Of a stretch of DNA of 21,677 bases, positions 18,167-21,677 are shown piece after piece; position 1 is the stretch's first letter, and each line of letters begins with the position of its first letter. The position numbers and the translations under genes are program-made. The stretch is taken from assembly GCA_964407715.1 (NCBI GenBank), contig CAYOWP010000014.1:1-21677 (forward strand), written 5' to 3'. The notes under the pieces are model-generated. The model was given only the letters and a program-made list of their open reading frames with translations. It did no database searches and was not told the DNA's origin. The stretch is from an uncultured archaeon (GTDB taxonomy: Archaea; EX4484-52; JAADEF01).

Positions 18167-18514
18167 GGCATTATCTAATAATTTTTTAATGAGGATTTGT
18201 TAATGAGAAAATTTCTTCTTATAATCGCATTAGCTATCTAAGGTTTGCTGCTCTGATGTGCTTCTTTAAAAGACTGCTTTTTAACAAGGAATTATACCCA
18301 GTCAATGAGTAGCAATAGAGCAGCTAACCTTAAAGATGACATGCTACAAAACCTGTAGTAATAGCGATTTCTTCCCGTTAACAATTTTTATCCATTCAAA
18401 ATAATTGGTTAACGGGAAGCATATCCCTATTCAAAAGGGTTAAACCGCTATAAGTGCCATTTGAGAGGTTATGTTTCCGCTTAACAATGAAGAATTGAAT
18501 TATTGGACAATGCC
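18167..18514. mobile_element. Non-autonomous foldback/MITE-like element, copy 2
   Basis: Left end GGCATTATCTAATAATT; right end 18474-18514 is the complement of GGCATTGTCCAATAATTC(AATTC)TTCATTGTTAAGCGGAAA. Perfect 9-bp direct repeat TTTTATAAT at 18158-18166 and 18515-18523. Same internal arms as copy 1. Confidence 0.87.
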
Positions 18515-18530
18515 TTTTATAATGATAAGA

Positions 18531-18546
18531 CCGAAATCTTTATAAA
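18531..18546 (+). promoter_or_regulatory. Putative BRE/TATA promoter for the pilin gene
   Basis: CCGAAATC-TTTATAAA ending 25 nt before ATG 18572. Confidence 0.55.
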
Positions 18547-18571
18547 CATTTACGATACATAATTACTCTTT

Positions 18572-18904
18572 ATGAGAACTAAAACAAAAAAAGCAGTATC
18601 TATAACCATCTCGGCTGTGCTTCTTGTTGTGTTTGTTACTGCTATAGCTATGCTATATAGTGGGTGGTTCAAATCATTCATAAGGAGCATCTCAGAATCA
18701 GCAGAAAAACAGGACTTACCTGTTAACTGCGATAAAGTAAAAGTCTCCATCCAAAAAGTAACTTATGGAGTAGTAGACAAATTAGAGAGCTATATCAACA
18801 AAACTTTTCTCCATGACAAAGCATATGAGGAAAGTACTTTCAATCTAACCCTAAACAATAGCAATGTTGAAGTCACCATAGATTTAACACCCATACCTTA
18901 TTAA
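18572..18904 (+). CDS. Archaeal type IV pilin-like protein (class III signal peptide)
   Basis: MRTKTKKA|VSITISAVLLVVFVTAIA: basic leader, KKA/VS cleavage site, hydrophobic helix. Confidence 0.75.
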   Translation: MRTKTKKAVSITISAVLLVVFVTAIAMLYSGWFKSFIRSISESAEKQDLPVNCDKVKVSIQKVTYGVVDKLESYINKTFLHDKAYEESTFNLTLNNSNVEVTIDLTPIPY

Positions 18905-18913
18905 GGTGATAAC

Positions 18914-21677
18914 ATGAGATATCTATTGTTCATCGCGATGCTTTTACTCATACTTTTCACATTACCTTTTTCCTATGCAGCCACCTCTCTCAACTCCTGC
19001 ACCACAATCTCATCTCCAGGAGTTTACTATCTCACCTCTGACATCACTGACTCAAGCAGTACTTGCTTTACTATCTCCTCTTCTGACGTAATTTTGGATT
19101 GCCAAGGACATGTGATTGATGGTACTCAAGCCTCTGGTAGTTATGGCATATATGCCAGTGGCTCCTTAAGCAACATCACCATAAGAAACTGCAAAATCCA
19201 AGAGTTTTATTATGGAATTTACTTCTATAATGGTGTTCATGATAGCAAGATAGAGAATGTTGTGAGTAATAGCAACTCGGGGGAGGGCATCATTCTCTAT
19301 TCCTCTTCCTCTAACACCTTAACAAACATTATTGCTAATAACAATAGTAATGGCATCTTTCTTTCTTCCTCTTCTTCCAACAACTTAACAAACATCATTG
19401 CTAATAACAATAAGAACTATTATGGCATCGAGCTTTGTGGTTCCTCCAACACCTTAACAAATATCACTGCTAATAACAATGGTGAGTTAGGCATCTATCT
19501 TAATGGTGGTTCCTCTAACCTCTTAACAAATATCACTGCTAATAGTAACTCTAGATGGGGCATCCATTTCTATTCCTCTTCCTCCAACACCTTAACAAAT
19601 ATCACTGCTAATAACAATGGTGAGTATGGTATCTATCTCTATTCCTCCTCCTCTAACACCTTAACAAACATTATCACAAAAGAAAATCACAACTGGGATA
19701 TTTTGGTTAGCGATTCGTCTTCATGTTCTACTTCAATAACAAATGCAATAGGTTCTGGAGATAGGCCAATAGGATATTACACCACAGCTATAAATATCTC
19801 AGACAAAATATTTTCTGAGCTTATCTTATGTAATGCAGATTGGAGCAATATTACCAACATCATAGTAAAAGGTTCAGATACTCTAAAGAATAATGGGATT
19901 TTAGTAATGTTTACAAATAATGTAACATTTAAAAAAATCAACTCAAGTTGGAATTATTATGGCATCCATTTCTATTCCTCTTCCTCTAACACCTTAACAA
20001 ACATTACTGCTCAGAATAACAATTGGGATGGCATCTATCTTGATCACTCTTCCTCTAACACATTAACAAATATCATCGCTAATAACAATGGTGAGTATGG
20101 CATCTTTCTCTATTCCTCTTCCTCCAACACCTTAACAAACATTACTGCTCAGAATAACAATAGGTATGGTATCTCTCTTTCTTCCTCTTCCTCCAACACC
20201 TTAACAAACATCATTGCTAATAGCAACTCTCACTCTGGCATCTTTCTCCAATCCTCTTCCTCTTCCTCTAACACCTTAACAAATATCATCGCTAATAACA
20301 ATGGTGAGTATGGCATCTATCTTTCTTCCGTTTCCTCAAACACATTAACAAACATTACTGCTCAGAATAACAATTGGTATGGCATCTATATCATTTCTTC
20401 TTCATCCAACAACTTAACAAACATCACTGCCAATAACAATGGTGATAGGGGCATCTATCTCCGATCCTCCTCCTCCAACACAATAGCAAAATCCACCATA
20501 AAATATAACGCTCAATATGGTATTTATCTTTATAGTTCAGATAACAACAACATCACATCCTCAATTATTAAATTTAACCCTCAAGGTATTTACTTTAATG
20601 GTTACTCAGACAACAACACCTTCAAAAACAATACCATACTCAAAAACAAAATCAATAATATAAGAATCACATCCAGCGATAACAACAATCTCTTTTATAA
20701 CAATCTATTATCTACAGCTAAATACAAAATCTCCGATGCATCATCAACAACAAAATGGAACTATACGAATATAGGAAATCACTGGCTAGATTATGATGCT
20801 GAACATGAAGGATGCTATGATACTAACAATGACAATATATGTGATGATCCTTATGCTATCAATGATAAATATGATTACTATCCAATCTATACAGGAACAC
20901 CTCAAAAAACATTCACTTGTTCATCATGTAGTGAGTGTACTTCTCTAATACAAAACAATGCAACTCCCAATGATATAGTGCAATTAACTGTTGATATTAC
21001 TGATTCCACTACCTCTAAATGCATATATTTTGATCCTTATACATATCCAGAAATAACATTTGATTGTCAAAACCATTTAATAGATGGAGATGACAATGTT
21101 GATTATGGAATTTATATTGATTATACTCAAGGCATTACAATCAAAAACTGTCAATTAACAGATTGGGATTCTGCAAATATCTACTTAACCAATGCTAAGT
21201 ATAATACCTTAGAGAATATAATCACTAAGAGCAGTCCAGATTATGGTATTTATCTTTCTTCTTCTTCTTCCTCAAATACATTAACAAATATAATTGCTAA
21301 TAGCAATAATAATGGCATCTATCTCGATTCTTTTTCCAACTATAATACATTAATAAATATCACAGCTAATGACAATAATTATGGGATCTATCTTTATAAG
21401 GCCTCATCAAATACATTAACAAATCTTACTGCTGAGAACAATGATTATGGAATTTATCTTGATTACTCTTCCTCATCAAATACTCTCAAAGATATCATTG
21501 CCAAAGAAAATACTTTGTGGGACATCTATGTTGCTTCATGTTCTACTTCAATAACAAATGCAACAGGTTCCGGAGATAGGCCAATAGGATATTACACCAC
21601 AGCTGTGAATATCTCAGACAAGATATTTTCTGAGCTTATCTTATGTAATGCAGATTGGAGCAATATTACCAACATCA
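18914..21677 (+). CDS. Large secreted parallel beta-helix (NosD/PbH1) surface protein, 3'-partial (>920 aa)
   Basis: AGGTGA RBS; ATG 18914; signal peptide MRYLLFIAMLLLILFTLPFSYA; SCTTISSPGVYYLTSDI..CF..LDCQGH module; about 18 GIxLxSSSSNTLTNIxANNN repeats; frame stays consistent to the window end. Confidence 0.9.
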   Translation, partial: MRYLLFIAMLLLILFTLPFSYAATSLNSCTTISSPGVYYLTSDITDSSSTCFTISSSDVILDCQGHVIDGTQASGSYGIYASGSLSNITIRNCKIQEFYYGIYFYNGVHDSKIENVVSNSNSGEGIILYSSSSNTLTNIIANNNSNGIFLSSSSSNNLTNIIANNNKNYYGIELCGSSNTLTNITANNNGELGIYLNGGSSNLLTNITANSNSRWGIHFYSSSSNTLTNITANNNGEYGIYLYSSSSNTLTNIITKENHNWDILVSDSSSCSTSITNAIGSGDRPIGYYTTAINISDKIFSELILCNADWSNITNIIVKGSDTLKNNGILVMFTNNVTFKKINSSWNYYGIHFYSSSSNTLTNITAQNNNWDGIYLDHSSSNTLTNIIANNNGEYGIFLYSSSSNTLTNITAQNNNRYGISLSSSSSNTLTNIIANSNSHSGIFLQSSSSSSNTLTNIIANNNGEYGIYLSSVSSNTLTNITAQNNNWYGIYIISSSSNNLTNITANNNGDRGIYLRSSSSNTIAKSTIKYNAQYGIYLYSSDNNNITSSIIKFNPQGIYFNGYSDNNTFKNNTILKNKINNIRITSSDNNNLFYNNLLSTAKYKISDASSTTKWNYTNIGNHWLDYDAEHEGCYDTNNDNICDDPYAINDKYDYYPIYTGTPQKTFTCSSCSECTSLIQNNATPNDIVQLTVDITDSTTSKCIYFDPYTYPEITFDCQNHLIDGDDNVDYGIYIDYTQGITIKNCQLTDWDSANIYLTNAKYNTLENIITKSSPDYGIYLSSSSSSNTLTNIIANSNNNGIYLDSFSNYNTLINITANDNNYGIYLYKASSNTLTNLTAENNDYGIYLDYSSSSNTLKDIIAKENTLWDIYVASCSTSITNATGSGDRPIGYYTTAVNISDKIFSELILCNADWSNITNI
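19287..20480 (+). repeat. Intragenic ~69-bp tandem repeats (blocks of 6 and 8 units)
   Basis: Recurrent GGCATC-N9-TCCTCTTCCTCYAACACCTTAACAAAYATYAYTGCT; a further ~4 more diverged units at 21245-21500. Confidence 0.9.
19719..19862 (+). repeat. 144-bp near-identical duplication with 21534-21677
   Basis: 5 mismatches in 144 bp; the second copy reaches the window edge. Confidence 0.9.

Noticed and set aside
19719-21677. DGR template/variable repeat pair
   Set aside because: Two of the five differences are T/C rather than at adenines, both copies are in-frame parts of one gene, and there is no reverse transcriptase in the window.

Overview
AT-rich archaeal chromosome segment. GGAGG/GGTGA ribosome-binding sites, TTTATAAA boxes, a thermosome and the rpoE'/spt4/S24e/S27ae genes make it archaeal; a DPANN-like lineage is inferred. 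Housekeeping content: pcm, thermosome, an MBL hydrolase, cutA, a Trm9-like methyltransferase, an MGMT-like gene, an L44e-rpoE'-spt4-S24e-S27ae operon, a Nif3-like gene, tRNA-Gly(GCC) and an intron-containing tRNA-Trp(CCA). Surface content: a 1347-aa membrane-anchored S8 protease, a NosD-type beta-helix protein, a type IV pilin-like gene and a giant repeat-rich beta-helix protein that runs off the right edge. The most unusual signal is non-coding. All four large intergenic regions (107-496, ~7973-8612, ~16389-17265, 18167-18514) hold one repeat family of ~50-bp arms (TGGTTAACGGGAAGATATCGC-N~16-GAGCA(T)GCTAACCT) in alternating orientation, with core spacing fixed at 40-42 bp. Two of these loci have GGCATTGTCCAATAATTC-type terminal inverted repeats and 9-bp target-site duplications, so they look like foldback-like non-autonomous transposons. 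Both sit just after a stop codon and 25-27 bp upstream of a TATA box. An unannotated box C/D sRNA (5339-5405) has guides matching 16S rRNA C1402 and G902 (E. coli numbering), and the tRNA-Trp intron carries a putative guide for its own C34.
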